From Eledone cirrhosa (taxonomy: Eukaryota): a DNA stretch of 64,000 nt. Of the stretch, positions 14,739 through 30,971 are shown piece after piece. Each line of letters begins with the position of its first letter. Position 1 is the stretch's first letter. The stretch spans positions 19,530,001-19,594,000 of the forward strand of contig OZ024750.1 of NCBI GenBank assembly GCA_964016885.1. Reading direction: 5' to 3'. The notes below the pieces were generated by a model. It saw nothing but the letters and a program-made list of their open reading frames with translations. It was not told where the DNA came from and did not search any database. The translations under genes were made by a program, and so were the position numbers.

Positions 14739-14835
14739 TATATATATATATATATGCATATATATATATATATGCATATATATATATATATGCATATATA
14801 TATATATATATATATATATGCATAGATACATATAT
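13520..14835. repeat. About 1.3-kb (TA)n(CA)m compound satellite
   Basis: Direct reading; source of the 360-475 aa Y/I/H/T ORFs. Confidence 0.98.
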
Positions 14836-15529
14836 GATGTTTTCCTCTATTAGATTCAGACATTAGCCTACGGCCACATATATGTTATACGCACACGAAT
14901 GCATTCAAACATACACACATACATTACTCCAGCACTCACACACACGTCGACACGCACACATACGTGTACGGACACACACATGCACACACGCATACATATA
15001 TACACACACACATATATATATATATATTGTGTGACCATATGTAACGGCACATGAATGGTGTCGAAATTAAGAGAAAGAAAAAAATATAATATAATAAATT
15101 TCTCCAGCGAAAATAATTTCAAACATTAAAAATATAAAGCGAAAACGTTTAAGGTTACTGGTGGGAAAGGGACAACGATTTTCTCTGTGATAAATTGTCA
15201 GGTCAAATTCAAACATAGCGATATTTTATTTATATGACATTTAGGGCTGCCATTTTGGTTTTCCATTCAGGATCGTTCAGTTGGAAAAGAGCCAACAGAG
15301 ACCAGCAGATTGAATTATGAATGCTATCAAAGAAGTTCTTCTCTAAATATTTTAGCGTGGACATTAGAGTTTATTACTTTCTGATCATCTCAGCTTTATG
15401 GCTCGTTTGATTTTATATCGATTGAAAACCATTATTTCATATTTGCGTTTAAATTACTTTTCCATTCTTCCGACTATTGGTATATTGTTTTACATCTTAG
15501 GTTAACGGTCCACACATACACACAAACGT

Positions 15530-15584
<55 letters not shown>

Positions 15585-16150
15585 ATAGACTGAATATTTA
15601 ATATATTATATATATTATATATATAAGATATATATATAAGATATATATTATATATAGTATATTTAAAATATATTATATATATCATATATAAATTTGCTTC
15701 ATAGCTGACTAACTTCGATCGGATATGAACACACAGTGCAATGAACCAGAACATCTACCGAAACATTTTTGATCAGGAGCCCTAACAACTGTGTAAATTC
15801 GTCACCTTCATTTGCATATTTAAAGGAAAGTGTTTAAAATACTACAACTAAACTTGTGATAGTCCACAATGATAAAGCATTGAATATTTTTGCCGGGTGT
15901 ATACGTTCTCTGTTTAAATCCCTCCGACGTCCTTTTTATTTTTCCGGAGTCGCTAAAATAAAATAGCAGTCACGTACTAGGGTCCATTTTATCGATTTTC
16001 TCACCCCAGCAACATTGCTTGTCTTATTGCCAAATTAGAAACCTAGAACCTATAATCACGATTTTATAAATAAATATGTAACTGTCTGACACATTCTCTT
16101 TCTCTCTTTCACTCTCTCTCTCTCCCTCTCTATTTCTCTCTCTCTGTCTT

Positions 16151-16224
<74 letters not shown>

Positions 16225-17165
16225 GGTCCTTTATATATATATATATCTGATAATATAAGCAACTGTAACCCAATGAGCAATGGTTTTCCTGTGATAAGCG
16301 ATGGTTAACTGAACTTTTGACCTTACATATAGCCATCATGAGAAAGGAGGTTTGAACGTATATATATCTTAGCATTAATCATTAGTGATCAAATGCCTAG
16401 AAACACTGACTGATCCATTCATCCACATGTCAAAGTCTATTACAAGTACATTAAGCAGATTTAGTTTCCTAGAAGAAGATTGGGAAGAATATATTCTATG
16501 TTAATGACTTTGCAATTAATGTTATTGCTGTTGCTGTTTCGACCTTTTGTTAGTATTGATTGAGCTAACAGGCGATTAAATTCATTTTATACAGTATTGT
16601 CTCCTCTAGTGAATGCGGATACATTATTTAAGGCATATAAGAAGCTATATACAAACTGCTTCAGTACAATAAACATATATTCAGTCACAATCTTAGTATT
16701 TATTTCTAAAAGCATACTTCGATATTGGTATGGTACATTAATGTATTTCAGAGTTATAACTCATCGTCAATGACGATTCGTCATCACACTCTGAACAATT
16801 ATGTAATTTATTTATATCTAAAGATATAACATTAAGTGCTATTGTGATTATTTTAATTAATATAAATCACGTTGTATTAGTGCAATCGCTAAAATCACGT
16901 TGTATTAGTGCAATCGCTAATTCTAGCCAGTCAATATTGGGTTTATAATTATTGGGTTTTATTTCGAAAATCTATAATACCTCATACCTGTGTTTCATAC
17001 CTGTGTTTCACGGCGTCAGTAAAGCGCTGGTGCTCACCAATGCCTAAGAAATGTGTGTATAGAATACACTTATATTGTAGCTTATCGAGTAGTATATTCT
17101 TTCAAATTTTAGAGACTGTTGGAAAAAGATGGGTAACTTGTTTGCCAAGTTAATTGCGTTGCAAA

Positions 17166-17222
<57 letters not shown>
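17166..17222. repeat. (TAC)n microsatellite
   Basis: Direct reading. Confidence 0.98.
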
Positions 17223-17435
17223 GGTGTTGGATATAGGAATAAGCCAATATATCCAGTATCACCGTATACAGTTTTATACTCATCCATTGAAGAAAACGTT
17301 GTATTTCCTGTCATTTTTCTAGAAAGCACTCAACTAGAAAATAGGGACTAACTTTGCAGTTAGGTGTTCTACATATGTATGCACGTGCACACACATACAC
17401 ATACACATACACACATACAAACACAAACGCATATC

Positions 17436-17652
17436 GGCATTCGATCGACTTTCGTCAAATCAGACCGAGGAAACAATGATTCTGATGGTCTTTCCGATTG
17501 CTAAAACCTACCGGTCGAAACGCCAGGTAGAAGAAGCAACGTGAAATAAAGTGTCTTGGTCAAGGATTTAACGCATCGCACGGTCCAGGAATCGAACTCT
17601 CAACGTCACGATTGCGAAGCAAATTCTCTAACCACTCAGTCACGCGCCTTCA
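17436..17652 (-). mobile_element. tRNA-derived SINE (second-family head)
   Basis: Minus strand: TGAAGGCGCGTGACTGAGTGGTTAG (A box), GAGTTCGATTCC (B box), CCTTGACCAAGACACTTTATTTCACGTTGCT. Confidence 0.8.
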
Positions 17653-18229
17653 CAAAAGACACACACAGACACACGCACACACACACACACACACATATAC
17701 ACACGCACACACACACACATATATATATACATATATATAAATATATTGTTATACTTTGGGAGGGTCATGTTGCCAATAAGAAACACACGCACCAGTTGCT
17801 AAACAAATTCAGAAACGAAATGTATAAATATAGTTACTTCGGAGTTTAGTGGTTTACTGGATGTTGTAACAATATTAGCAATCGATGTTATAGCAAAGAA
17901 TAACATGACGAATTTTCATGTGAATATATTTATTGATTCAGATCAGTTGCCAACGTTTCACAGATGATTGTTTCAAGGTACATATCTGTGTTATAGACCA
18001 GATTCCAGCAGCAATCTACTCATCAGACGTGCTATAAACTAAAATTGCATCTGAATGAAATATATATATATCAATCGGGTGTGGAAGTAGGAACATAAAA
18101 ATACTCGCTCAGAAAATATTACAGCATAATACATTCTTGATGAGGACACATATATTACATAATTGTACAGGCTTATAATAACAATGATGTTATTAATAAA
18201 ACGATGTATGTTTCCAATATATTCTTCAT

Positions 18230-18260
<31 letters not shown>

Positions 18261-18274
18261 TATTATATATATAT

Positions 18275-18400
18275 ATATTTATTAAAATAACAGATTAATC
18301 TGTTATTTTAATAAATATTTGCTCTACGGTTCTTATATATTTGTTATATATTTATCCTTATCGAGCCCTCTTTGGATTTTAGTCTTCAAATTTATTATAC
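18275..18400 (+). mobile_element. Short repeat-family fragment starting with a 44-bp perfect palindrome; other copies at 18670-18730 (inverted) and 39910-39995
   Basis: ATTTGCTCTACGGTTCTTATATATTTG..ATCGAGCCCTCTTTGGATTTTAG is shared between copies; palindrome spans 18275-18318. Confidence 0.7.
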
Positions 18401-18480
18401 CAGTAATGCACTGGGTAATTGCTGGCCTTGTGCTTAAAGTAGAAACAATTATTACTATATATATATATATATATAGAAAT

Positions 18481-18532
18481 GGCTTCTACAGGACTAGCAC
18501 TGTTTCATTCTGAGGAAATCATCAGGAAAGCC
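18481..18532 (-). ncRNA. Type I hammerhead ribozyme-like motif within a PLE-like fragment (about 18470-18648)
   Basis: Minus strand: ggctttc-CTGATGA-tttc ctca gaat-GAAA-cag tgctagtc ctg-TA-gaagcc. Same family as 60737-60785. Confidence 0.7.
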
Positions 18533-18775
18533 CTTTCTGGGAGCTTTCCAGCTAATTTCCTTGTAGAAGCTATCTCTATATTTATACACTGCTATGTATT
18601 GAATACCTTACTTACTGTGTTTACCCCCAATTAAACCCGGGACAAACACACACATATATATATATATATAGTAATAATAAATGTAAAGACTAAAATCCAA
18701 AGAGGGCTCGATAAGGATTATATGTATATAAGGAGGGTGAAAGCAGCAATTCTTTGCGTAAACTTTAGCGCGCGC

Positions 18776-18827
<52 letters not shown>

Positions 18828-19847
18828 GTGTGCGTGTGTGAACATTGGATAAATATTGAGGTCTCTGGTCGAAACAAGGCGAAAGTACATTAAAAATCAT
18901 ACAAAAACGAAAAAAAAACTCAGCGCTCGGATATCTGGTAAAGCAGCCAAGTGTCATCAAAAGTAGCGATGGTCAAACATGCCTAAGGGCAGATACCAGT
19001 AGCCAACAATTGCCAGCATGTCAAACCACGTGGTCAGTTTCTTTTTTTCTTGAACAGTCAATGAGTGTATCATCTAATCAGCCACAAGGAAATAATTTAC
19101 ATGGCTAGGCTATAGAAATACCTTTGGTTTTTCTGTAACATTAAAGGGATATTTGGAATCTAGTCTTCTGTATACACGGACACACATACTCAGACACATA
19201 ATCCTCCTCCCCCCACATATATATATATATATATATATATTATTGTGTTATCAAGTATGTAATTTGTAGAACTTACCTTTTCTACTTGATGATCCAATCA
19301 TTTTAAGAAAGTACATTGATACAAGTATATGAATAACCTTTTTCACCTGAGATTAAACATCTGAAGATGATTGAATCAATAATTCCGTTGTATTTAACGA
19401 TGAAATCCGGTTATGCTCTTTGAATATTCAGATTTCTCTTTATTAATCGTCTTCGCGAAATGTTCAATTTAACAACACTGATATAGACTTTATTGCTGGA
19501 CTGTTTATAAATCGTCAGTTATTGAATCGTCTAAATTCATTGTTCTTATGCATAAGATTACTATTAATCGCTCTGTTATATATCTATGTATTGAGGAAAC
19601 TATCAAGTTGATTACCTTTAATTTCTATCACTTCTGAGTTGATAAAAATGACCTGTTGGGAAATTGTGTCAGAAATTTTGAATATTTTGTATTTCTTTAA
19701 TCTTTTTCTTCTCATTCCTAACTTTACCTATTCCGATAAAGGATTAACATCCGATACACTGAAACAATTCTTTTCCTCTTCCAACAAACTTTAAACAATT
19801 AAGACTTTATGATTCACATCTCTCTGTTTATATTATTTTTAACACTG

Positions 19848-19879
<32 letters not shown>

Positions 19880-19885
<6 letters not shown>

Positions 19886-20007
19886 AAAGCCACAAACACT
19901 CCATCTCAATTGTACTTTTGAAAAGCATAAGAACGTCGAAACCGGTAACGAAACCAAATAAATATTCTTAAAAAGACTCCAGTTGCATTTTCGATTTCAT
20001 CTTTTAT

Positions 20008-20010
<3 letters not shown>
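19880..20010 (+). mobile_element. PLE-like fragment with variant hammerhead (TTGAAAA...GAAACCGGTA)
   Basis: Homologous to 52963-53020; flanked by (TA)n. Confidence 0.45.
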
Positions 20011-20051
<41 letters not shown>

Positions 20052-20057
<6 letters not shown>

Positions 20058-20474
20058 ATGATTTGGGAGGGTCATTCTGCCAATAAAAATCACACGCACC
20101 TGATAGTTTTCACTTCAAATTATCATAAATTTTCGGTTGGTTGGTTGGTTCGATGACCGGATGGTTGTTTATATATTGTCAAACTCTTTTGTCACACATC
20201 TGTGAACTCCTCAGTGACTGGGTTTTTATTTTGTGTTTCCCCTTTGTTATTTCCTACACATAATGGTGTACAACAGAACAAAAGAGAGACACAAAATAAA
20301 AATACCCAGTCACTGAGGAGGTCACAGAATGTGTGACGAAATAGCTTTGACAAAATATTGTCCAGTTATTGAACCAACCAACCAACCAAACAAGCGGAAA
20401 TTTATTATAGATTGAAGTGAAAACCAACAGGTGTGTGTGTTTTTATTGGCAGCATAATCCTCCGAAAGTATAAT
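20052..20474. mobile_element. Diverged inverted pair of a short PLE-like element; other family copies at about 17743-17800, 27790-27855, 34800-34982 and 57476-57650
   Basis: The terminus TATTGTTAT..TTTGGGAGGGTCAT..TGCCAATAA recurs. 20052-20250 and 20280-20474 are reverse complements. Confidence 0.7.
20309..20351 (+). ncRNA. Minimal type I hammerhead ribozyme-like motif
   Basis: gtca-CTGAGGA-g-gtcac agaatgt gtgac-GAAA-tagc-TT-tgac; stems I and II pair perfectly. Confidence 0.7.
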
Positions 20475-23400
20475 ATTTTTTTCTACTTCAGGTACAAGGC
20501 CAGCAATCACTCAGTACATTACTGGTACTTTATTTTATCGACCCCTTTTTCAGATAAGAAATATTGCAAAACAAATTCAAAAACGAAATATTCTTTGCTT
20601 AAACTTTAATCTGTTATTTTAATAAATATATATATATATATATTTGTGTGTGTAGGAAAATAAAGGATACGTCTGATAGAATCTCTTGTATTTGCATCGT
20701 TTCTCTGTGTTTAATTTTAAAGTTTAGTAGATTGCTGGTAATGTTATGGTCACGAACTAGATGATTTGCAGTATCCATTTCGCCTCTTAAGAAATTGAAT
20801 TCTTACTTCATTTCTTATCACTGACGCTCTCGTGACGGGAAAAAACCTCATGAAAGGGCCCGGCTTATGATGATACGACCTTAATATTGTAGGGTCTAGG
20901 CGTCAGTTGACGCAGCATTTTGGTCTCACCTGTATGCTTGAAGCGGTAGGCAAACAACAGAATGATAAAGGCTAGGTAATACAAACATTTTGAACATGTC
21001 TCTGTTAATGTTCTGTTTTATTTTTATTCTTTTATACCAAATGAAAAAAGAACGTAATTTAGTGAATCAATAATAGAAATCGATGGAATAAGTACCAGAC
21101 TGAAATAAGTACTGGGATCGATTTTAAATGAAACCATTGAACGTCGCATGTGGTCTCAGTCCAGTGAAATTAGGAAAATAATAAAAGACTAAAATTTTAT
21201 TTTGAATATTTATTATTTTATTTGATCTTTTTTTTTTCATTTAATCGAAAATATTTCCTGACTTCTAAATCGTGTTCCGCATTTTAGTCAAATCTCTCCA
21301 GTCTCCTTTCTCCTACACCTTTAATTCTAAACGTTGAACATTGCCACTTAGTATTTGATTACCGAAGCAGTTATTTTTCTGGGGAAATCTTTTTAACTCT
21401 ATTATCAAAAGCTTAACTGTAGTTCCAATAATATATTGAGTTATATCAGAAAGGAACGTGTGTAATGCAGCTACAGCTGAGTTAATTATTGAACAAGACC
21501 TTCTCTAACGACATTACTTTGATCAAGTTGTATCAATAAACATTTCACTATTAATTAATTTGTCCTTGTGACATTGAGATTACTCAAGTTTACATGTGAG
21601 AACAAAATTGCTTTTAAATTTAGAGAGAGGAGAATTATGCGAAGCAGAATATAGCATAGCATAGAAGAACTTAGCATGGCAATGCATAACAGATCATAGT
21701 TATTTCTTTACGTTTGTATTTTAACTTGTTTGAACACTGCTAAGAAGAAAAGGAGGTAGTTCTTTATGCTGCCTAATACATCATCCACCTTTCAGCCAAG
21801 AGGTATAATTAACGATTAAATAATTCTATTGAAGGTGAAAGACGTAAAAATAAAAAAATATGAAAAACTATACATATTTTCAATTAGCCGACTGAAGTGG
21901 CTGACAAGAAATAAATTGCAAACTAGGAAATTGGAATATTTAGTTGTTTGTAACATTACAAACATATATAATACAGTAACTAGGAAGGGGAGGGTAATAT
22001 AGTAATATAGTGGCATTATGTTGCAACATTAATCAGAAAAATAAAATACAAAAACGAGCAATATAATTTCGTTTTTAATAACTCTAGTCAACATATGTTA
22101 CGTATTATGCTTTGAACAAATAAATGTCACATAAGTTCATTTGACGTAAACAATATTTCTAAGGCATTCGACGCTATAGAGAAGGAATACGTATAAATAA
22201 CCTAGAACAGTGAATCGCCTATGGGCCCTGTGAACTCTCAAATGCACGGCAGATTTTCAAAGGTGCTATGAGGAGGGGCAATTTAATTTGAAACAAGCAA
22301 TAAGACTCCCAAGGTAAAGGGAGAGGGAGAGAGACAGATAGAGAGGATAATCTTTGAATAAATGGTTTTAGAGAAATATTTTTAAAACAGTTTCAGAATT
22401 TTTGATCAAAATTTGGGGAAATATTTAAAAGAATTTTTATTGGAATTTACAGTAAAGTTTTACGAATATTTTTCCGATGATTTTGTAAAATATTTGGGAA
22501 CATTTTCAGGAATTTTTAATGATATTTTCCGCGCGCGTGTGCGTGCGCGTGCGCGTGTGTGTGTGTGATCAATTTATCAATGCATATTAGCGAATTTTAT
22601 AAATAGCGTCGAAGAACTGGTACTATTTGTACAAGGTACTCTGTGAACCTTTTGATCTTTGCTGTTACCGCCACTTCTTGTTTTTATGCAAAGAAGATGT
22701 AATTTAAGGAAAAAGGTTTCTATTTTTCTATAGAACCGGTATTGAAATCCAGGATGAGGAAAAAAATAAACGAAGGTTTAAATAAATAAATTTTCAGTTG
22801 CGTTTTATCGTAACGACTTTACGATGATAATGAGCCGAACACCTTAAAGACCGAGCCGAGCACCTTTAAAGACAAAATGCAGATCATACTATTTCAGATA
22901 TTTAACCGTGCCATAAGTAGGTAGGAAATATGTTAAATGCATAATACATCATCTGTAGAGAAATAGTACACATTTTATAGCATCTGGACATTTTTCAAAG
23001 CATAATTGCAAATTCATATATTCTCATTAAATGTAATGTTTTAACGATAAAAAATAGCATTTTCAAGTTACAACATATGTTGAAATTAGTTTTATTTCAA
23101 ACAGTTACAACTTGTTCAGCTTTTTCCTACTGAGAATGTCAACTTCAAATCAAGTTCCCGTAAAAGCAACTTTCCTTTGCTCAATATTTGACAAATTCGA
23201 GTTCTCGCTCAAACCACAATATATGTGAATTTAACATATTTTTGCATTTTGCATTTTATCCTGTAGTATTCACGCCTTATCATTGAAAAAAACAGCAACT
23301 TTTTTTTGCTTCAAAATAGTTTGATGAATGCTGCAGATTTCAGATAATTTCATTCCACTCTTGTTTGTTACATGAACTACGTTTCCGTTCACTAAGGCGT

Positions 23401-23953
23401 TGTTGGCAGAAGCCTGTTGCTTATATAAATGTTTGCTCTTGAGAATAAAGTCATATGTCAAACACTGATGGAATGCAAAACGAAGAAATGGGATATTAAG
23501 ATTTCTGAATTGAAGCTAATCGCAATATAATGTGATTCATATCGAGTGTGTAAATATCTGTGTATATACCCAAAATCAGTATATTGAATATGCTAACTCT
23601 CACAGTTGGTATTTTAAGATGTGGTCATATAACAGCTTCCTCAGTAGAGAGTGCGCGTATATTGGAACATTGAGTTCATCTTTCACAAAACAGACACCAA
23701 CCTTTCTGGGAATGCTTTAATCTGTGATCGTATCACATCAACATCATTACAGAGCGAAGGTGTATACGAATTCATATACAATATATATATGTATAATAAA
23801 CTTACACACGTCTATCTGTGATCATATCACAACTATTTCAGTCATAATAGCGATTTGTGATACGGTAGATTTCTTTAAGCACAGTTAATAATTAAATATA
23901 TTTTATTTGAATCTCATGAAAAGATTTAAAGTTCAATAATTTTAGCTTATATG

Positions 23954-24061
23954 TCTGAGTTCAAATCCCGCCGAGGTTATCTTTCATCCTTACGGGGTCG
24001 ATAAAATAAAGTACCAGTAATGTACTGGGTTATTGCTGGCCTTGTGCCTAAAGTAGAAACA
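23954..24061 (+). mobile_element. 5'-truncated Meta-domain SINE with 19-bp TSD
   Basis: TSD AATAATTTTAGCTTATATG at 23935 and 24062. Confidence 0.92.
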
Positions 24062-24159
24062 AATAATTTTAGCTTATATGATGATTAAAAAAAAGAAGCA
24101 TATAGATCTACCTAAAGATGCGGATGTTTCCTATATTGTATTGGTTAACTTTCATATCA

Positions 24160-24351
24160 TAATTGTTTCTACTTTAGGCACAAGGCCAGCAATTACCCAG
24201 TGTATTACTGGTACTTTATTTTATCGACCCCGTAAGGATGAAAGCCAAAGTTAACCTCGGCGGGATTTGAACTCAGAATGGCAAGGGCCGTAACTCTATG
24301 TGTCAAAGCATGGCATCCGAGCCTCTACCGTTACTGCCAATCCAACGCCCT
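24160..24351 (-). mobile_element. Full-length Meta-domain SINE with 15-bp TSD
   Basis: A and B boxes, core and tail; TSD CTTTCAT(A/G)TCATAAT at 24149 and 24350. Confidence 0.92.
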
Positions 24352-24619
24352 TTCATGTCATAATGAATGGGAAACGATACTTGAATCTAGATGAGGCTAA
24401 AATTAAACGGTTACCATGACTTTCAATCACACACTATATTTTACAAAATGTAGCCTTGCTTTTCAATCCCCCAAAGATAACGTTTATAAAAGATCTGACA
24501 TTTAAGAAGCTAAATTAAATATTCATTTATGTCTCAAGACATACATGCTGCTTCACTGTCAGGTATTAAACCTGAATATTAATTGTTAGACGGAGATAAT
24601 ACTATTAGCTGAATTCTAC

Positions 24620-26445
<1,826 letters not shown>

Positions 26446-27715
26446 TGACGAATTGAATTGCGTCATTAATCGGGAATATCATTTCTATAAGCTAGAACAC
26501 ACCTTATTTATCTCTGGATTTCGCTTCTAATGGATGTTCAAGAGATTGGGGAATGAAAAAATAAATTTGAAACACTTAAACATGATATATATAACAATAT
26601 TTAGTTGTTATTTAACGAATATTAGCTGTTGAATTAGGAGTTATTTAGCAATTATTTCGCGAATATTGAATGCAAATCTCCCTAAAATTAACACAATTTT
26701 ATTTGTCGTAAAATATGGATCCATTTGCAGAAAACTAAATTAAAATATATGAGCACGAAATAATAGAAAATACGGGGAATGATTTCTAAGCTCTCATATA
26801 TAAATGATCACGTTGAATTGCATTTCATGTCACAACGTGCAAGCCGGAATATATTATATAATGCAGTTTCAGATACACTATATAGCAAAATATATGATGC
26901 TTTCGACTTTATATGTTCTAGATTTAAGGCGAAATACGGTTCTAATAACAAATCTGTTGAAATGGAAATATTTTTACAGACATAATTAATTGAATTATAC
27001 GTTTTTCTATACTCTCACACATTGGAGTCCCTCAAACAGCAATTCCAAACGGTTGTTTGAATCCGGGGTAGAAAAAGAATGAAGGAAAAACCACATAACG
27101 CTATCAGCTCTTTATCGTTATCTGATTGTATAGTCATCATGACAAATTTCGTGATGACTGAGCGCAGTGCAAACCAAGACAATGTCAAATTTGCTTTTTA
27201 TAGTTTGGTGGTCGATAAAATATAGATACTTGTCTCGAATAGGTAAACTAGTCCTTTTGACGAGATACCTTGGACTATGTTTTCGCATCTTTTGCTTTCA
27301 GGTTTAAAGTTTCGCAATGGAGAGTGGTAGAATTAATTGTTCGACCATCTAAATACCACCATCAGGCACATCTATATTCATTGCTGTGTACATCCTTTTT
27401 CAAATATCAAGACCAAGTTTTTGGCTTGAGGAAAATGTCCTGCATTCTTCTCACCAGTTCCAGAAACGGTGATCAGGGAGGAGAAATTACGACTGCCATA
27501 GACGTGGGTTATCCAATAAAGCCATAGACGTGGGTTATCCAATAAATTGTCAGTGGAATTATTTAAAAAGAAACTGTGAAGAACGACCAAATCACTGCCA
27601 TTTGTTTGGCTGGAAAATAAATATTATACATCACTCACAAATATTAAGTGCACACCCAGTAATTACTTGTATTTTGAGTATACCCGTGCATAAAATACGC
27701 TATCACTTCAGTATA

Positions 27716-27765
<50 letters not shown>

Positions 27766-28018
27766 CATATATATATATAAATATACAGTGAGTGTGTTCT
27801 GTTATTAATTCTGGCAATATTACGCAAATATGACCCTCCCCAAGTATAACAATATATACATATAAATATACATATATATATAAATATACAAATATATATA
27901 TAAATATACATGCATATGCAAGAGATGTCAACATGAATGGACCTGTTATTTTTATCTAAAGACATCTTTTCCAATTCCATCTCGCCCGTCTCCTCAATCT
28001 ATATTATTTCTCATTCTT

Positions 28019-28054
28019 TCTTCTGATGAAGGACTAGGGTTCGAAACGTTAAGA
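28019..28054 (+). ncRNA. Minimal hammerhead ribozyme-like motif of PLE type
   Basis: tctt-CTGATGA-a-ggac tagg gttc-GAAA-cg-TT-aaga, with a palindromic ACGT stem III. Confidence 0.7.
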
Positions 28055-28143
28055 CCCTCTTCCTGCTATGTCAAGCGTTAATCTAATATATACCTTCCAT
28101 ATACTGTACCGATTCTGATGTTATTTCTTACCTTTTACACACG

Positions 28144-28185
<42 letters not shown>

Positions 28186-28237
28186 AACACGCACACACTC
28201 ATACACTCATACACAAATGCTCGCGCACACAGTCGCC

Positions 28238-28292
<55 letters not shown>

Positions 28293-28461
28293 AATGCAAA
28301 TGCAAAAGATATTGTTGACAATTAGTCTTTTACCTTAGATTTATTTAAATGTCCTTAATTTTCGAGATAATATCTCTTCTTCGGAGGGAAGTAAAGCGGT
28401 GAAACGAGTGTTCTAAATAGCTTGCCATGTCTTGCCATACCTGCAATGTTTTGGCTTTATT

Positions 28462-28496
<35 letters not shown>

Positions 28497-28504
28497 GTAG
28501 AAAG

Positions 28505-28650
28505 TATGACCCCAACGGCTGTGCTCAAGCCGTTTCGACGGCTATTTCTGGACCATACCTTCTCCTATTACCCACTCTACTACCCTAAGTATTGAGTACT
28601 CTGTTGCGTTATGGTCCATTTGGTTCCCTACCACAACTCCTTCGTTATAC
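28505..28650 (+). mobile_element. Second copy of the 8.3-kb PLE-like fragment (one inverted arm plus tail)
   Basis: GACCCC..GCTCAAGCCGTTTCGACGGCTA and CACTCTACTACC..AAGTATTGAGTACT..GCGTTATGGTCCA are shared with 8347-8523. Confidence 0.8.
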
Positions 28651-29295
28651 ATACATACATACATACATACATTACATACATTACATACGTACATACATAC
28701 ATACATATATAGTTCTAGGAAGATTCACATACAATTCTTGAGATATGAAAATATCTTGGAGCTATCAGATTCAAAGTTTTGACGTATTTTTTCGCCTAAT
28801 TATTAAAGTTTATATATTCCTAATGGATGTCTATGAATATATAGAAAACAGTTAGAAATTCCATATTTGTTCTGCCAACAATATGAAATAAACATATTTG
28901 CTCTTTGTCACACTGCCAGTATAGTAGCTATAGATGTCTAAGAGGAAAGATAATACCATATCTAGTTAAATAGTGTGCTCCGTATAATAATAAGGAGATT
29001 CATATAAAACATTGCTATAATATTATACATAAATTTGGAATATGACAAATATTCATACGCAGTATGATATAATACTTTATGAAATGGTTTGTATATACAT
29101 AGACTAAATACACACACACGTTGTACAGGCAATCACACTTGTCAACACAAATATGTGTTTACGCACATGTATATATATATACTTGTGTATGAGTGTATAT
29201 ATAAACAGAAAGAAACAAATGTATTCGTTAAAGTATGTTTTATATGTGGTTATATATACATACATGTGTATATATACTCACACACATTCACCCTC

Positions 29296-29334
<39 letters not shown>

Positions 29335-29989
29335 ATACCCAGATTAATATGTACAGACGAAAGCACAAACAATAAAACGATAGAAGGATGTCGTTAAACA
29401 GAAAAAGAGAATACACACACACATATTCACCCACACAGACACACAGACATACACATACGCACCCCTCCCCCCACATATATATATATATATATTTATACAT
29501 ACATGTCGCCATACATAAACACACACACACGTATGTCACCCATAGGTACATATATCAGTATACGTGTGTACGTGTATATGTTCGGATTGAACACAATCGC
29601 TTTTATTTCCAATATATGTGTTTTTAAGCTTATTCTATAGTAATACGTATGTTTTCACTACAATAACCTTTAGAATAGACGATAAATGCTTTGCTGATGA
29701 TGGTTACATTTTTAAGTGTATTTGATCTTCGAATAGTGTAATTAAAATACTGTGAATAGATACAAAATTGATATGACAAACGCATACATATCCAGTAGTG
29801 ATTCAAAACACACATAGGCATATATATATACATATATATATATGTGTGTGTGTGTTTGTATGTGTGTGTGTACATATATACTTATATATATGTATGCTCG
29901 TGTGTGAGTGTATGCATATGTATATATATATGTATATATATCTGCGTCTGTGTGTGTGCGTGAGAGTATACATATATGTATGTATGTGA

Positions 29990-30039
<50 letters not shown>

Positions 30040-30971
30040 AATTATATATTTGTATACATATATATGCTGCTATTTTGTTATTGTCTTTCAGAAATAAAAT
30101 GTTATTCTATCTTCTTAACAAAATGGAAGAAAATGATAACATGTTAATGAAGTTTAGCTAAGGTTATAATTCCTTCATATCTGTATATCTCAGTTAAAAT
30201 GGCACTGATGCAGAGTATTTGTTATTTCTTCTATTATCCATTCGTTTGACGTATTGAGACAATTGCTGTCTATATTTCTGTCTGTGGTGTAAACTATAGT
30301 AAGATTTAGAGTTCAGTAAGCGCATCGCTAATCTATGTGATTCCATATATTTTCCGCTATATTTTGAAAGTATGTTAGCTTATTTTAAGCTGTTACAACG
30401 GAGGTTTGACTACAAAATATTTCATCAAATTTAGTGTATAAATTCCTAGAGAAAGAAGACTTAAGTGCGTTGAATTAGAACAATTTGGGTATATATATAA
30501 TGCTATAGACGGAAGAATATGGAGAGGATCACATCAATTGTTTCCAATTTCTTCCCTTTCTACGGCGTTGTAAGACCGACATATTTGACTATTTTATAAA
30601 GAAACTTATGCTGTGGCAGATGAACCAAAATCTAACATACTTTAAATTTTCATATATGCTCAACGCTTCGTACAACGAGTGTTTCTTTATTTACATTCAT
30701 GATTTGTAAAAGATAAAATGCTCAGCTGATGCATACCCTATAATCTTTTCTTGAATTGCACCAAGGTAAAAGCAATGTATCATACCTCTGAATAAATTGT
30801 CAATCAATTAATTTATGATTTAAAGAATATAATTTACAAATGTGACAACAATAAAGTTTCACCCCACGGAAAGGTATACGAAAGGAAGTAGAGAACAACC
30901 AGTGATACCCATTGCATCAGTCATTCAATCTCATGTTGAATGAATTTACCAAATATATACTCCAATATTAA

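Noticed and set aside
19260-19850. Possible highly decayed Penelope RT/GIY-YIG on the minus strand (YSYTC..IGSSSRK-like)
   Set aside because: Needs frameshifts and similarity is too weak by eye; a tBLASTn or HMM search is required.
27495-27546. Short exact tandem duplications (also 16864-16920 and 58983-59030)
   Set aside because: Ordinary two-copy slippage duplications.
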